Part shown: positions 47,697 to 59,500 of the stretch, piece by piece
Numbering within the stretch: position 1 is the first letter of the stretch
Layout of the letters: every line of letters starts with the position of its first letter
Assembly (NCBI GenBank): GCA_046497075.1
Contig: JAWOGF010000050.1
Span: forward strand, 17,772 to 81,771
Source of the DNA: Candidatus Saliniplasma sp.
Lineage (GTDB): Archaea > Thermoplasmatota > Thermoplasmata > Halarchaeoplasmatales > Halarchaeoplasmataceae
Direction: 5' to 3'
Length of the DNA: 64,000 nt
The notes under the pieces: generated by a model
Told to the model about the DNA's origin: nothing
Seen by the model: only the letters and a program-made list of their open reading frames with translations
Databases searched by the model: none
Program-made: the position numbers and the translations under genes

Positions 47697-48644
47697 TATT
47701 ACGATATTCCCCACAAAACTCCCTTTCGCATAATATCGAAATGCTTCTGGGACTTTCTTCAAGGGGAAGATCCTGTCTACCACAGGTTTTATTTCCCCTT
47801 CCCCATAAAATTTATTCAAAAATTCTAGATCTGATGATTTTGGTTTGTGCAACAGCAGGCGTACTTTTTTACCACCTAGGACCCAAGACCCGAGAAATAT
47901 AGCTTGGATGATCTTAGAATCTGAACCTCCTATAAGCACACATATGCCTTTGGGATTTAATGCACGTTTATATTCAAAAACCGAATGTTGTGCTTTTACA
48001 TCGAGAATGAGATCATAACTCTTGCCTTTTTTAGTGAAATCTTCTTTTGTATAATCGATGACGTGGTCTGCTCCTATCGAGAGACACTTATCAAGCTTCT
48101 CTGAGCTGTCTACTCCAGTAACCTCAGCACCATATGATTTAGCAATCTGAATAGCAACTGTTCCTACACCACCTCCTGCACCATTTATCAAAACCTTTTG
48201 GTTCTCATGGATATTCCCTTTATCTCTTAGACCTTGTAAAGCTAGTACCGATGCTTGCGGTGCTGCTGCCGCTTCCTCGAATGACATTTTAGATGATTTT
48301 TGTCCTAATACTTTTTCTCTACAGCACACGTACTCTGCAAATCCACCAAAGTTATCTCTAGATATGTCTCCAAATATGTCATCACCCGGATGGAATCTCC
48401 TAACATCTTTACCTACTCTTTCTACTGTACCCGATATGTCACATCCTAGTATCTCATATTTTGGTTTTAGACGACCTCCTAAGTTAAAGATAGACTTACC
48501 ACTGAGGAGTTCCCAATCCCATGAATTGATAGATGTAGCTTTGACTCTAACCAGTATTTCATCATCCTTAGGATCAGGTTTTCCTACATCTTTTAGCTGA
48601 AGATTATCCGGTGATCCGTAATCGGTCCAGACAACAGCTTTCAC
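47688..48644 (-). CDS. NAD(P)-dependent MDR oxidoreductase (quinone oxidoreductase-like)
   Basis: GGFAEY, VLINGAGGGVG, DHVIDYT, GEIKPVVDR; no Zn-Cys cluster. Confidence 0.9.
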   Translation of the reverse strand: MKAVVWTDYGSPDNLQLKDVGKPDPKDDEILVRVKATSINSWDWELLSGKSIFNLGGRLKPKYEILGCDISGTVERVGKDVRRFHPGDDIFGDISRDNFGGFAEYVCCREKVLGQKSSKMSFEEAAAAPQASVLALQGLRDKGNIHENQKVLINGAGGGVGTVAIQIAKSYGAEVTGVDSSEKLDKCLSIGADHVIDYTKEDFTKKGKSYDLILDVKAQHSVFEYKRALNPKGICVLIGGSDSKIIQAIFLGSWVLGGKKVRLLLHKPKSSDLEFLNKFYGEGEIKPVVDRIFPLKKVPEAFRYYAKGSFVGNIVISI

Positions 48645-49126
48645 CTGTTCACCAACCCATCCCTCAAATCTTTTACAAACTCCTCAGCCCTCTTTAGATC
48701 ATCCTCCTCGGGTCTGCCCTTATTAATCCCTCCAAATAACTTAAGGAAACTATTGGTATTCAAACCTATACAGCCAAATTCATCAACAACCGTGTATCCT
48801 TTAGACTGTAATTTTTCCTTCAATCTAGAATGAGTTTTTCTAAAATATTCTTCCCTTAACACCATCTCTGGAGTACCACAGGTCGAGAAGATGAATACTT
48901 TTTTGTTTTCAACCTTGGGTAATTTATCGACAAGAGCGTACAGAGTCTCATGATGTTTTCCACTATAAATTCCAGAACCAAAACCCAGGATATCATATTC
49001 TCCTATCTCATCCAGATCTACTTCTTCAGGCTCCACTACTTCTGAATCCAAGACTTTAGCCATCCTATCTGCGACCTTTTTCGTGTTGCCGTGATGTATT
49101 GATTTACATATTATAAGCGATTTCAT
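48641..49126 (-). CDS. Flavodoxin family protein
   Basis: SIHHGNTKKVA, GFGSGIY, FIFSTCG, GRP. Confidence 0.9.
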   Translation of the reverse strand: MKSLIICKSIHHGNTKKVADRMAKVLDSEVVEPEEVDLDEIGEYDILGFGSGIYSGKHHETLYALVDKLPKVENKKVFIFSTCGTPEMVLREEYFRKTHSRLKEKLQSKGYTVVDEFGCIGLNTNSFLKLFGGINKGRPEEDDLKRAEEFVKDLRDGLVNR

Positions 49127-49157
49127 AAACTCTCACCTTTACTATCTTTATCATCAT

Positions 49158-49523
49158 TCATAGTGATGACTTCGCTACTTTTTTATGACCCGTGTCGACG
49201 TATCCGTGGACTTTGATGATCTGTTCAAATTGATAACGCCTATCGATTGCTAGTCTTACTTCTCCAGCCTTTAAAAGTTCTTTGTGATAGTTCAGACTCT
49301 TAATGTTAGTAACCGCTTCCTCTACAACCATCTTTTTATCTGCAGTAATAGATGCCCACTTCATTCGAAGACGTACAGCAGGTGCAACGATGAGATGTAT
49401 AATCACCCTTTCTTTTTTCAATGTTCTAAGGCGGGACGATTTCGATCTGTTTCCTACAGCTTCAGAGGTAACATCGTGTTTTTCTCCACTTTCAGTGAAA
49501 TCATCCTCAGTGTAATCCATCAC
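49158..49523 (-). pseudogene. Degenerate C-terminal remnant of a second MDR oxidoreductase
   Basis: DYTEDDFTESGEKHDV and ELLKAGEVRLAIDRRYQFEQI..H.YVDTGHK match the C-half of the neighbouring enzyme family; the N-half is missing. Confidence 0.65.
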
Positions 49524-49795
49524 ATCACGATAACATAATCTTCAAAGACATAGATATGATTTTCGAGGAATAGTTGAAGTATCTGAATCATCTGTTATGA
49601 GTTAGATTCAGTTGTGAAGGTTCAGAACCTTCGTGTCCACATAATTTCTTAGAAAAAAGCGACATCACTACATTGAAATCCACTTTGCGATGATCTGTTG
49701 AAATTTTGATCATAGATATGCTTTGTTCTAGATTTTCCTATTGATTTATCGATCCAAAAAAACCTATACAAAAATAAGGAGAAAAAAGAGAGTTT

Positions 49796-52700
49796 TTAAA
49801 AAGGTTTTATTTTCTTTATGGATCTTACGATATCGTGCTCTATAGATGTCGCTATCTGGTTTATAGATAAGTGCTCTTTTACATCGGTATCACTATGTAA
49901 GGACACTATGTTATCTCTGTGCAATTCCCTTATATGATCTCTGTTTAATGTCTCTATATCCTGTTTGTTCGTAGTCTGTGTCTGATCGACTGTTAGATCC
50001 GATAGCACATCTTCCATCACTGCATTTCTATCCTCTGAGCTTGATATCGCTTCGAAACCGAATCCAAAGTATATCACATCGTGTTCCCCACTGTATTCTA
50101 CCGCTGCTCCCTGAGGGCCTGTCCAATAGCCGCCAGGATATGAAGCGTATTCACTTCCGCCGTTTATAGGGTCGATCTCATCTGGATAGTCCTGGTTATC
50201 TGCACCGTCTCCACCTGATATACTGTACTCCTTGCCGTTCATGTTCACTGCTGTTTCACCCGAATCGTCTGCATTGAACGAAGCGTGTAGATAATCGTTG
50301 TAGAACGTATTATCACCGTTATCATCTAGATGGTAACCTATATCCTGTCCTGAGATGAACAGCTTACCGCCGTTATCTAGATAGTTCGAGATTATCCCTT
50401 GTTCAGTCGATGTAATAGTGTTCTGGTAATCGTCACCTGTGAACCATATAACTGCTGTGTAGTCCTGTAAGTCTCCCTGCGATAATTCAGAAGACTGCTT
50501 TAATTCATAACCGTAGCCCGCTGCCTCAACGGCTTCAGTATAATACGATTCGTAGCTATCGCCGTCATCATCGTCTACTATCAGAATCCCTTGAGTTGAA
50601 ACTTCTTCGAGTGTGAAGTTAGTCCATGTGGTTTCACTAGAATTCACACCAAACGACTTGCTTTCACTCTCATAACCGTCTTTCTCTGCGGTTATCTGCA
50701 TGTCTAATTGGTCGAATTCCGTTATGCCTTCCATCTTGTAATGTCCATCTGAATCTGTGTGATCACTGTGATCTGTTCCTTCTACATAGACATGTGCATC
50801 ATCTACTGCAACACCATAATCGTCTTCAACGTAACCCTCTGCTATTCCTGGTTCTGGTTCTTCAATCACTAGTGTTATGTCTTCATAATGGTTCTCAGTT
50901 ATCGTGATACCTTCAACAGTGTCGGTTTTCTCGTCATCGTCTGCCTTTACTGTATACGTGCCCGGGTTCACCTTGAACTCGAATGGGGCTTCCATACCTA
51001 GGCCGGATTGTGTCTCGTCTAACACATTGTCTTGGTCATCATAAAGTGTTACATTTGCTCCGGTAACCGGTTTGTTCATTCCATTAAGATCTTCCTCGAA
51101 GACTCCTCCTATCACAGATGTGTTCTGCAACATTGTAACGTTCATAAATTTGGTCTTAGATTCCTCTATGCTGAAATTTACAGTAGTATCCTGATGATAC
51201 TCAGCTTTCAACTGCATCGTATTGTTGCCTGAAGTTACGTTCATACTGTATTCGCCGTGATAATCTGTCTCTGTCTGATTATCTCCAATTGTTATCTGTG
51301 CTTCCTTGACTTCCTCACCAGTATTATCCGTTACGTATCCTTTTATGATGGCTATTCCTTCCATCGTTTCATTGAGCCATCTTGTATCCCCTTGTACGAT
51401 TCCAACCTGTTTAGTAACATCTATATAACCCGATACCGAAAATGTAACATTGTATGTTCCTTCCGAGATGTCCTGGTACCGATAATAACCACTCCTGTCT
51501 GTCTGTTTCTCACCGTATCCTGGCAAAGATACTGTAGCAGATATCGGATCACTATCACTGTTTTTCACATATCCTTTTAGTGTACCGTTTCCTAGTGGAG
51601 GTAAAACCGCATCTACTTCTACGGTTTCACCGACTTCCACCGTGATATTTTCCTTGTTTATAGTTTCTCTTCCTTCCTTGGAGAACTCCAACATTTCAAC
51701 CGAGTCCCTCGCTTCCATAAAATATGTACCGTCTTCATCTGTTGTAGTCTCGTTGATCACTATATCTGAAGGGAATCCAGGCGCCAATGCTCTGACCGTT
51801 ACACCAGCTAAACCGTTGGTTTGATCAGAACTTTCCCAAGCAGTTCCTTTAATTGTCCCCTTGGTTTGTTCTTCCTCCATCTCTATCGTGACATCCTTAA
51901 ATTCACCTGTCTCAAGTGGTGATATCTCTTTCACCGTCGTTAAATAACCGTCTTTACTCACATGCACATTTATCTGTTTACCTGCAGGGACATGTCTAAT
52001 AGGTTCTCTTTCAATCGCACTGATCTCCGTCATGAACTGTTCTTCACCGGAAACATACTGGTATACCGTCCCTGATACATGATCTAGTTCATCACCGGAT
52101 TGATCTACAACGGTCATATTGATCTGTGGTGGTTCTTCTACTTCTGGTTTAACATCGTTTAACATCTCTTCCATGAAGTCATTCCTTGTGACCTCATCAT
52201 CTATAGCTTCGTATCCGAATGCTAGATAGACTAGATTGTAATCACCATCATAAGTCACACCTGCAGTTTTATCTGAGCCGTATGATGCGTATTCGGTAGC
52301 CCCATTGACCGGATCGATCTCTGAAGGATACTGCTGATTATCAGCTCCATCTCCTCCGGATATACCGAATGAATATCCTTGTCCATTAACGTCCCTTGAG
52401 TCTACAGCATCGGTAACAAAATCTGCTTTCAGATAATCAGAATAGAATGATGTATCCTTAATATCGTATCCAATATCTTGTCCAGATATTATCAGATTCC
52501 CTCCTTGATCCATATAGCTTGCTAGATTGTCCTGGTCTGTTGACGTCAATGTAGTCTGGTAATCGTCACCTGTAAACCATATCACTACCGGATAGGAATC
52601 TAACCTATCTAATGAGGGGGATCCTTGATTTGGAACATCCCATTCAGTGTATGACCAATCGCTCTTTTCAAGAGCATCTGTATAGTAACTCTTGTATGAT

Positions 52701-55700
52701 GACGTTTTATCACCAGCATCTTCTACCAAAAGGACATCCTGCTGCACGTCTCCATCTTTACTAAGCAGATAGAAATCTTGTGTTGCCACCTCTCCGTTTT
52801 TCAGTGTGTGAATCCTCTCCGCAGTGTAATATGATTCTCCGTCTAACTTAATATGCACGTCATTACTTTCTGTTATGTCTATTTCGCCTATCTTGTAATT
52901 CCCGTTTTGATCCGTAGTACTGGAAAACTCGTTGTCTGCTGTTACCGTTATTCCTTCTAGCGGATCTCCATTTGTATCATATACATGACCTTCTACTGTT
53001 GCATGGTCTTTACTTGTAATTGTGTCTTTCACTAATTTATTTGCGCCTTGTTTATCGTCTAAAGTGAAGGTGCCTCTTCCGGATTCAAAGCCATCTTTAC
53101 TTGTAGAATAATGATATTCACCGATTTCCATGTCTTCTATAACAATTTCTCCATTAGAATCCGTGTAATACTCATCATCGGTCTCGATAACATATACCTT
53201 GGCCTGTTCGACAGGTTCCATGTTGCCATCTTTTTTGGTTTCCAATCTAAATGTTACATCTATCGGTTTGAACACTCTAAAATCATAGTCCTGGTCTGAT
53301 TCATTGGATATTACTGTGCGATTTACAGAATTATAATATCCTTCAGCTTCCGCACGGCCACTGTATACTCCTTTTTCAAGAGAAACTGAATATCTACCAT
53401 TATCATCAGTCACTGTAGTTTTCGAACTTATATGAACTGTTGAATCACTCACTGAGTTCTCTACTTCTTTTGTCCCTTCTGATGTATCTTCCTCAGTAAG
53501 ATGGTATACGGTACCTGTGACGTTGAATGTTTTACTCTCTAAAGTCATATTCTGCTTAGTCAACCCGTTCACATCTACCGTAACAGCGGTGTTAAGAAAA
53601 TCCTCATCGTCTGCTACTATCGTATACTGTCCATCTTCTACATCGAAGTAGTAAGAACCGTCTTCACCAGATGTTGTAGAGTTTACTACGTTTCCATCTT
53701 GTTTTAATGTGACCGTTGTGTCTCTGATAGCAACACCGTTTTCATCGACCGTGTACCCTTTTATTCCATTCAGGGTGGTTTGACCGCCTACACCTAGATC
53801 GCTTAAAACTGTATCCATAACATCTGTTCTGTCTTGAGATGTGGATATTGCCTCAAAACCAAATGAGAAGTAGACTAGATCGTAGTCACCGCTGTATGAA
53901 ACCGCTGAAACCTCGTCGCTATCATATGACATATACTGAGAAGCACCGTTAACAGCACTTATCGCCGACGGGTACTGTTGATTATCTGCTCCATCTCCAC
54001 CGGATATACTGAATGACATATCTTGACCAGATATACTTCTAGAGCTAACACTATCGGTCTCAAAATTAGCTCTCAAGTAATTCCCATAGAATGAAGAATC
54101 GCCAATATCATAACCTATATCCTGACCAGTTACGAACAGTTTACCACCGTTATCCATGTATTGTTGTAGATTAGATTGATCTGTAGAAGTTAGGGTTGAA
54201 TCGTAATCATCACCTGTGAACCATATCACTGCATCGTATTGACCTAGAGTGCTCGAGGACGGACTTCCGTCTGAAGACACTGTCCATGTATCATAATCAT
54301 ATCCGCTTAGAGCGTCCGTGAAGTAGCTTTCGTAGGTCTTACCGTCGTCATCATCGACTACGAGTATACTAGATGATGATGAGGAATCCACTGATATTTC
54401 ACTCTGATATGGCTCGAAATTATGTTTGTTGACTGTTATCTTAACATCTTCTGTAGTCTTAACTGTCAATTCAGCATGACCGGATGAGTCTGTTTTCTCT
54501 GTACTGAATACATTATCACCGGTTACGGTCACTCTTGCATCAGCTACTGCATTACCACTGGAATCTGTCACATCAACAGAAAGTGTATCTTGCCCAGCAT
54601 CTATATTGCTGGTATGTGAGACCGAGAATGTGTCAGGAGTGTCAGTCCATATCGGTACTGCTGGATCGCCCATCAAGTTGAACATAAAGTAGTTGTCTCT
54701 ATATCCTGATCCAGATGATGGAACTCCATTATCTTGGATATAATCTACTTTAGAATCCATTAAGGCACTTCCCTGTCTATAGTTCGATTCATTGAATATC
54801 TGTTCATTGAATCTGTAATTTAATCCTGCATCTCCAGTTCCACCCTGATTGTAATTAGAATCGTATACGAACCCCCATGAAATTCTTGAAGCTCCAACGA
54901 AACCTATAGCATACTTTTCGACCGCAGCTTCAGCTAGAGAATCTCCTAAATCAGAATCAAACTCACCAACACTACAGGCATGAGCGAACATCAGTGGCAT
55001 CTTTTGACCATTTGTTGGTCGTTCGTCTGCTTCCCAATAATGCCCACTTCCAACAGTGCTGTTAACTGATCTGCTAATACCACTACTAGATCCGTGACCT
55101 ATCATATTAACGAATGTTTCTCCTTGGCCTATAGATTCATTAAAATCTGATTTCTTCAAACCATCATCGATGTCTGGGCCGATCTGATCAGGTTTTTCAG
55201 GATTCGCCGTATGAAGATGATCAAAAGTATATCCTTGGTCTTCGAAGAACATATCGTTCATATATTCTGTCCAATTATAGGTTCTCAATTTGGTCTTCAG
55301 TGTAGGCGTTCTATCCAAAATTCCGGATCCAGCAACCACACGATTAAACCAGTCACCAGAAGGGGGGTTCTTCTCGTATGTTAATATGTTATCAACCATA
55401 TCATTCATTTCCTGTTCCGTATTTGCTGGTAATCTTCCAACATCCGCTTCAGGATAGAAGTCTTCTTCTCCTTCTTCACCAAACTTACCATCTTTGTCAG
55501 TATCCCAGTTGCCCGTCAATTCCCCATAAAGGAAATCGCTAGCTAGATCTCCGTCATCATCATGGTTACGTAAGTATGCTGTTGGAACAGTATCCACATC
55601 ACCAGCCATCAGAACATAATCTATACCGTACTTGATGTAATAATCTTGTATGCATCTTCTAACCTTTATGAAATCCTCTCCATCACCGTACTCAGAATAG

Positions 55701-56410
55701 ATTTGATCCACGGTAACGACTTCGGTTCTCATGCCGTCTTCTTCTCTCCACTCGACGAGTGGTTCGATTTCTTCAGTGTAATTATCATGAGTTATTATCA
55801 AGTAATCCACTGATGACTCCGCCGCATCATCATTTGTAGTTCTGACCGAATATTCTCCGAAATTTTGTATCGTCTGTTCCATCTCGTAAGTCTCTTCATG
55901 TACTACTTGTGTATCCTGTCCATTGACGTATTCAACAAATATTTCAGCACTGTCAGCATAATAACCTGATTCTTTAACAGGCCTTATTGTCACTGTGATC
56001 ACATTTCTTCCTCTCCAGTTACCCTGTGTATATACTCTCTCCGTAAAGTCATCCGCTGTAAAATCACCTACTTCGCTTTCTTCACCGTTCAATGGTTCGG
56101 GGGCCTTTGCATCAGGTACGTCACTTACATCGATCTTGCCTTTTAGGTTGTACTCGATATTCACGTCTTTAACCTCTGCATCACGTGGTAATTCAAATGT
56201 GTACCCCTTCTGAGGCAACTTTTTATCACCAGGTAATCCGTACAAAGAAAATCCATCCATCTTTACGTAGTCCCCATCCCTCTGAGGCGATGGAAACTCC
56301 ACTTGAAATGACACTTCTTCATTATCCGTTGTAATCCCCACGGTTGCCGCAGGAATCAGGGAAAGAAGCATCATCCCTATCATTAGAGTTATTACTATCT
56401 TTTTATTCAT
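49796..56410 (-). CDS. Secreted gingipain-like (peptidase C25) cysteine protease with multiple accessory domains
   Basis: Signal peptide, propeptide, DYLIIT, YVLMAGD, SDFLY, VGRLP, catalytic GHG and HAC, FNLMGDP. Many carboxypeptidase-regulatory-like beta repeats and three copies of an ILVVDDD...VIWFTG...GQDIGY domain. Confidence 0.88.
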   Translation of the reverse strand: MNKKIVITLMIGMMLLSLIPAATVGITTDNEEVSFQVEFPSPQRDGDYVKMDGFSLYGLPGDKKLPQKGYTFELPRDAEVKDVNIEYNLKGKIDVSDVPDAKAPEPLNGEESEVGDFTADDFTERVYTQGNWRGRNVITVTIRPVKESGYYADSAEIFVEYVNGQDTQVVHEETYEMEQTIQNFGEYSVRTTNDDAAESSVDYLIITHDNYTEEIEPLVEWREEDGMRTEVVTVDQIYSEYGDGEDFIKVRRCIQDYYIKYGIDYVLMAGDVDTVPTAYLRNHDDDGDLASDFLYGELTGNWDTDKDGKFGEEGEEDFYPEADVGRLPANTEQEMNDMVDNILTYEKNPPSGDWFNRVVAGSGILDRTPTLKTKLRTYNWTEYMNDMFFEDQGYTFDHLHTANPEKPDQIGPDIDDGLKKSDFNESIGQGETFVNMIGHGSSSGISRSVNSTVGSGHYWEADERPTNGQKMPLMFAHACSVGEFDSDLGDSLAEAAVEKYAIGFVGASRISWGFVYDSNYNQGGTGDAGLNYRFNEQIFNESNYRQGSALMDSKVDYIQDNGVPSSGSGYRDNYFMFNLMGDPAVPIWTDTPDTFSVSHTSNIDAGQDTLSVDVTDSSGNAVADARVTVTGDNVFSTEKTDSSGHAELTVKTTEDVKITVNKHNFEPYQSEISVDSSSSSSILVVDDDDGKTYESYFTDALSGYDYDTWTVSSDGSPSSSTLGQYDAVIWFTGDDYDSTLTSTDQSNLQQYMDNGGKLFVTGQDIGYDIGDSSFYGNYLRANFETDSVSSRSISGQDMSFSISGGDGADNQQYPSAISAVNGASQYMSYDSDEVSAVSYSGDYDLVYFSFGFEAISTSQDRTDVMDTVLSDLGVGGQTTLNGIKGYTVDENGVAIRDTTVTLKQDGNVVNSTTSGEDGSYYFDVEDGQYTIVADDEDFLNTAVTVDVNGLTKQNMTLESKTFNVTGTVYHLTEEDTSEGTKEVENSVSDSTVHISSKTTVTDDNGRYSVSLEKGVYSGRAEAEGYYNSVNRTVISNESDQDYDFRVFKPIDVTFRLETKKDGNMEPVEQAKVYVIETDDEYYTDSNGEIVIEDMEIGEYHYSTSKDGFESGRGTFTLDDKQGANKLVKDTITSKDHATVEGHVYDTNGDPLEGITVTADNEFSSTTDQNGNYKIGEIDITESNDVHIKLDGESYYTAERIHTLKNGEVATQDFYLLSKDGDVQQDVLLVEDAGDKTSSYKSYYTDALEKSDWSYTEWDVPNQGSPSLDRLDSYPVVIWFTGDDYQTTLTSTDQDNLASYMDQGGNLIISGQDIGYDIKDTSFYSDYLKADFVTDAVDSRDVNGQGYSFGISGGDGADNQQYPSEIDPVNGATEYASYGSDKTAGVTYDGDYNLVYLAFGYEAIDDEVTRNDFMEEMLNDVKPEVEEPPQINMTVVDQSGDELDHVSGTVYQYVSGEEQFMTEISAIEREPIRHVPAGKQINVHVSKDGYLTTVKEISPLETGEFKDVTIEMEEEQTKGTIKGTAWESSDQTNGLAGVTVRALAPGFPSDIVINETTTDEDGTYFMEARDSVEMLEFSKEGRETINKENITVEVGETVEVDAVLPPLGNGTLKGYVKNSDSDPISATVSLPGYGEKQTDRSGYYRYQDISEGTYNVTFSVSGYIDVTKQVGIVQGDTRWLNETMEGIAIIKGYVTDNTGEEVKEAQITIGDNQTETDYHGEYSMNVTSGNNTMQLKAEYHQDTTVNFSIEESKTKFMNVTMLQNTSVIGGVFEEDLNGMNKPVTGANVTLYDDQDNVLDETQSGLGMEAPFEFKVNPGTYTVKADDDEKTDTVEGITITENHYEDITLVIEEPEPGIAEGYVEDDYGVAVDDAHVYVEGTDHSDHTDSDGHYKMEGITEFDQLDMQITAEKDGYESESKSFGVNSSETTWTNFTLEEVSTQGILIVDDDDGDSYESYYTEAVEAAGYGYELKQSSELSQGDLQDYTAVIWFTGDDYQNTITSTEQGIISNYLDNGGKLFISGQDIGYHLDDNGDNTFYNDYLHASFNADDSGETAVNMNGKEYSISGGDGADNQDYPDEIDPINGGSEYASYPGGYWTGPQGAAVEYSGEHDVIYFGFGFEAISSSEDRNAVMEDVLSDLTVDQTQTTNKQDIETLNRDHIRELHRDNIVSLHSDTDVKEHLSINQIATSIEHDIVRSIKKIKPF

Positions 56411-56537
56411 TAATACCACTTGGATGGGGCAAAGGGGGTATTTATAAAGGATTTGTCTACAATTTTGTAGTGGAATATATAATACAGTTGTAAAAGGGGA
56501 AAATAAGATATAACAATTCGAGATATACTGGTCGACG

Positions 56538-59500
56538 ATGATACTCTGCTCCTATTCCGATAAGATACTGATCCATCTTTACGGTCAGGATAAGTACCTA
56601 GATTCATTAGTTGTACCGCAGAAACTATCTCAATCGGGGATCGCTGAGTATATAGACTCTGATGTCCCTTATGTGAACCGATTGTTAAAGAAATTGAAAA
56701 AAAATGATCTCGTTAGGTCCGATAAAAGAAAGGTGAGTGAGACACAGAGGAAAAGGAAGGTCTATTTCCTAACTGATAAAGGAAAAAGAATAGCTGATAA
56801 ACTGATCTCCGATCTAGAAGAAGAGGATGTGACCCTAATAAAAGGTAATGAGGAGAGAGAAGTAAAGATTAGGAGTTTGGACGAACACCTGGATGTAGAT
56901 AATCCTATAATGTTTACTTTGAACAATATGGATGAGGAAGACAGATTGATACCTGAAAAAATAAAAACACCGGAAAAAGATATCTTCGTAGATAGGGAAG
57001 AGGAGAAGGATTCGTTAAAAGAATGTCTAGATATAGTGCGTAATCATGGAGCGCGAACAATATTCATTAAAGGGAAGGCTGGAGTAGGAAAAACAAGATT
57101 TGTAATGGACCTGGAGAGCTATTTTAAATCAAGAGGTTTCAAACTGCTAGTTGGTAAATCATACTACGATACGATAGACCCATATCATCCATTCAATGAT
57201 GCTTTTGAAAAAATTCTAGATGACAACGAGAAAAAAAATCAAGTGCCAGGTGTCAATAGCTCTTCCAGCACGTCCAAAGAAACCAGAGATAAAAATTTCT
57301 TAGACTTTCAAAGGAGGGCAAAATTCTATGAAAGTACAAAATGGGTCAAAAAGATTGCATCTGAACAACCCCTTGTAGTTTTTCTAGACAATTTACAATG
57401 GTCAGACAATGCGACACTTAGGTTACTCCATTACATGACAGATAACCTTGGAGAATCACCTGTACTTTTCATAGGCTCCTACAGGCCTGAAGAGGTATTC
57501 TCCAATCACCCACTGATGGATATAAAACGTAGGATGTCTAGAAGGTCGTTGATCAAAGAGATAGATATAGATAGATTTGATCTGAGTGCCACTCAGAAGA
57601 TAATCGAATCGGTAATAGGTGTAAAAGGTGTACCTGAAGATTTTGTAGATAAGATGTACGAGGAAACGGAAGGAAATCCGCTTTATATAAAGAGATCCTT
57701 AAAAACGTTACTCGAGGCAGGCAAGGTCGATCCGTTAAAAAATAAATACCCTAAAGAGGAAATAGAGCGGATCAATCTAAAGGTATTTAGACGTATAATT
57801 AAAAGAAGAGTTGAAAGACTCCCCCAGAAAACTAAGAATATAATTCAGGTGGGAAGTGTTATCGGAGAAAAAGTAGATTTGAAATTACTATCGAAGGTCT
57901 TGGATAAAAATGAGTTTCACCTCCTAGATATCATAGACACCCTTCTAGAAGCTGACCTATGGTATGATGAGCCTTCCAAAAATAGATTTTCGTTCTCCCA
58001 TAAGGTAGTACACGATGTGGTTTACGAGAATATCAATAAATCAAAAAGGATCAGGGTGCACAAGAAGACCGCTGAAAGTTTAAAGGAACTTGAAGAGGAC
58101 CATTTAGACGAATATTTCGCTGCACTCGGTTACCACTATGAAAAATCTAGACGATTTAGGTCAGCGATGAAATATTATCAAAAAGGGGCTGAAAAGGCAA
58201 AGGATATCTACGCAAATGAAGACGCACTGAAGATGTACGAAAAGGCTCTTGATCTAGAGGAAAAGGTAAGTACGGAAGATAGTACAAAGATATCTCTATT
58301 AGAAAATATCGGTGACGTTCATAAAATGTTGGGGAGATATGAGGCGGCCCGTAATTATTACAATAAAGCGCTTAAAGGAACTAGTGACTCAGAGATAAAT
58401 CAAAGGTTTTATAGAAAGATAGCTGACACGTGGGAAGAACAGAGTGATGTTTCTAAGATCATTTCAGCGACTGACAAAGGGCTTTCTTTAGAGGGAAAGA
58501 CGAATGAGGAGACATGTAAACTTTTGAAGAACAAAGGTTGGGCTTATCTCCGTAAAGGCGAATATGAAGAAGCCTACAGGTACTTCGAGGAAGAAAAAGA
58601 GATCGCAGAGAATTTGGAGTCTGAAGAGGATATATCTAGAGCATTACACGATCTAGGAACTTTGGAGTATTACAAGAATAATTTCGATAAAGCGGTCGAA
58701 CTGCTCAAGAGATCGATCGATATAAGAAAGGATATCGGACTCAAGAAGGGTCTGTCGGCCTCTCTTAATAATCTAGGGATGGTTTATTTGAGGGGGGGCG
58801 ATCAAAAAGAAGCATTAAACCACTGGAAAGAAGCATATAGAATCAATGAAGATACCAATGACAGATCAGGGATGGCACATTCTCTTCACAATATCGGCAT
58901 AGTATATTTGAACCAAGGAAATCTTGAAGAAGCCTTAGATAACTATGAGAAAAGTATAGAGATCAGGAAAAAGATCGGTGATAGATCTGGAGAAGGTGTT
59001 TCTCTAGGAAGTATCGGTAACATCTATGTCAAAAAAGGGGAGATCAAAAAAGGACTGGAATATTATGAGGAAGCATTGAGTATATTCGAGGAGATAGGGG
59101 ACAAACTCCGTATCTCTACGTGGCTGGCAAACAAGTCTGATATCTACATCGATAAAGGAGAACTAGATAAGGCAGAGGAGCATCTCCAAAAAGGTTACGA
59201 TAGATCCCGAGAGATAGGCAATGAATTTAACAAAGGTTTCATCATGAATAAGCTTGGGGTGGTATATAGAGAAAGAGGGGAGTTGAGCAAGAGTATCAAG
59301 GTACACAAGGACTCGATAAAGATGGGGGTAGAGATAGAAAACGAAGAGCTATTGATGTCTTCTAAAGTAAACCTTGCAGATGACTATTTGGGAGAGGAAA
59401 AAGTAAGAAAGGCTGATGACCTGTTAAAGGGACTAGAAGAGTGTATTAAAGAGATAGATAACAGGGAGACTGTACTAGATTATTACAGGGTAACAAGCAA

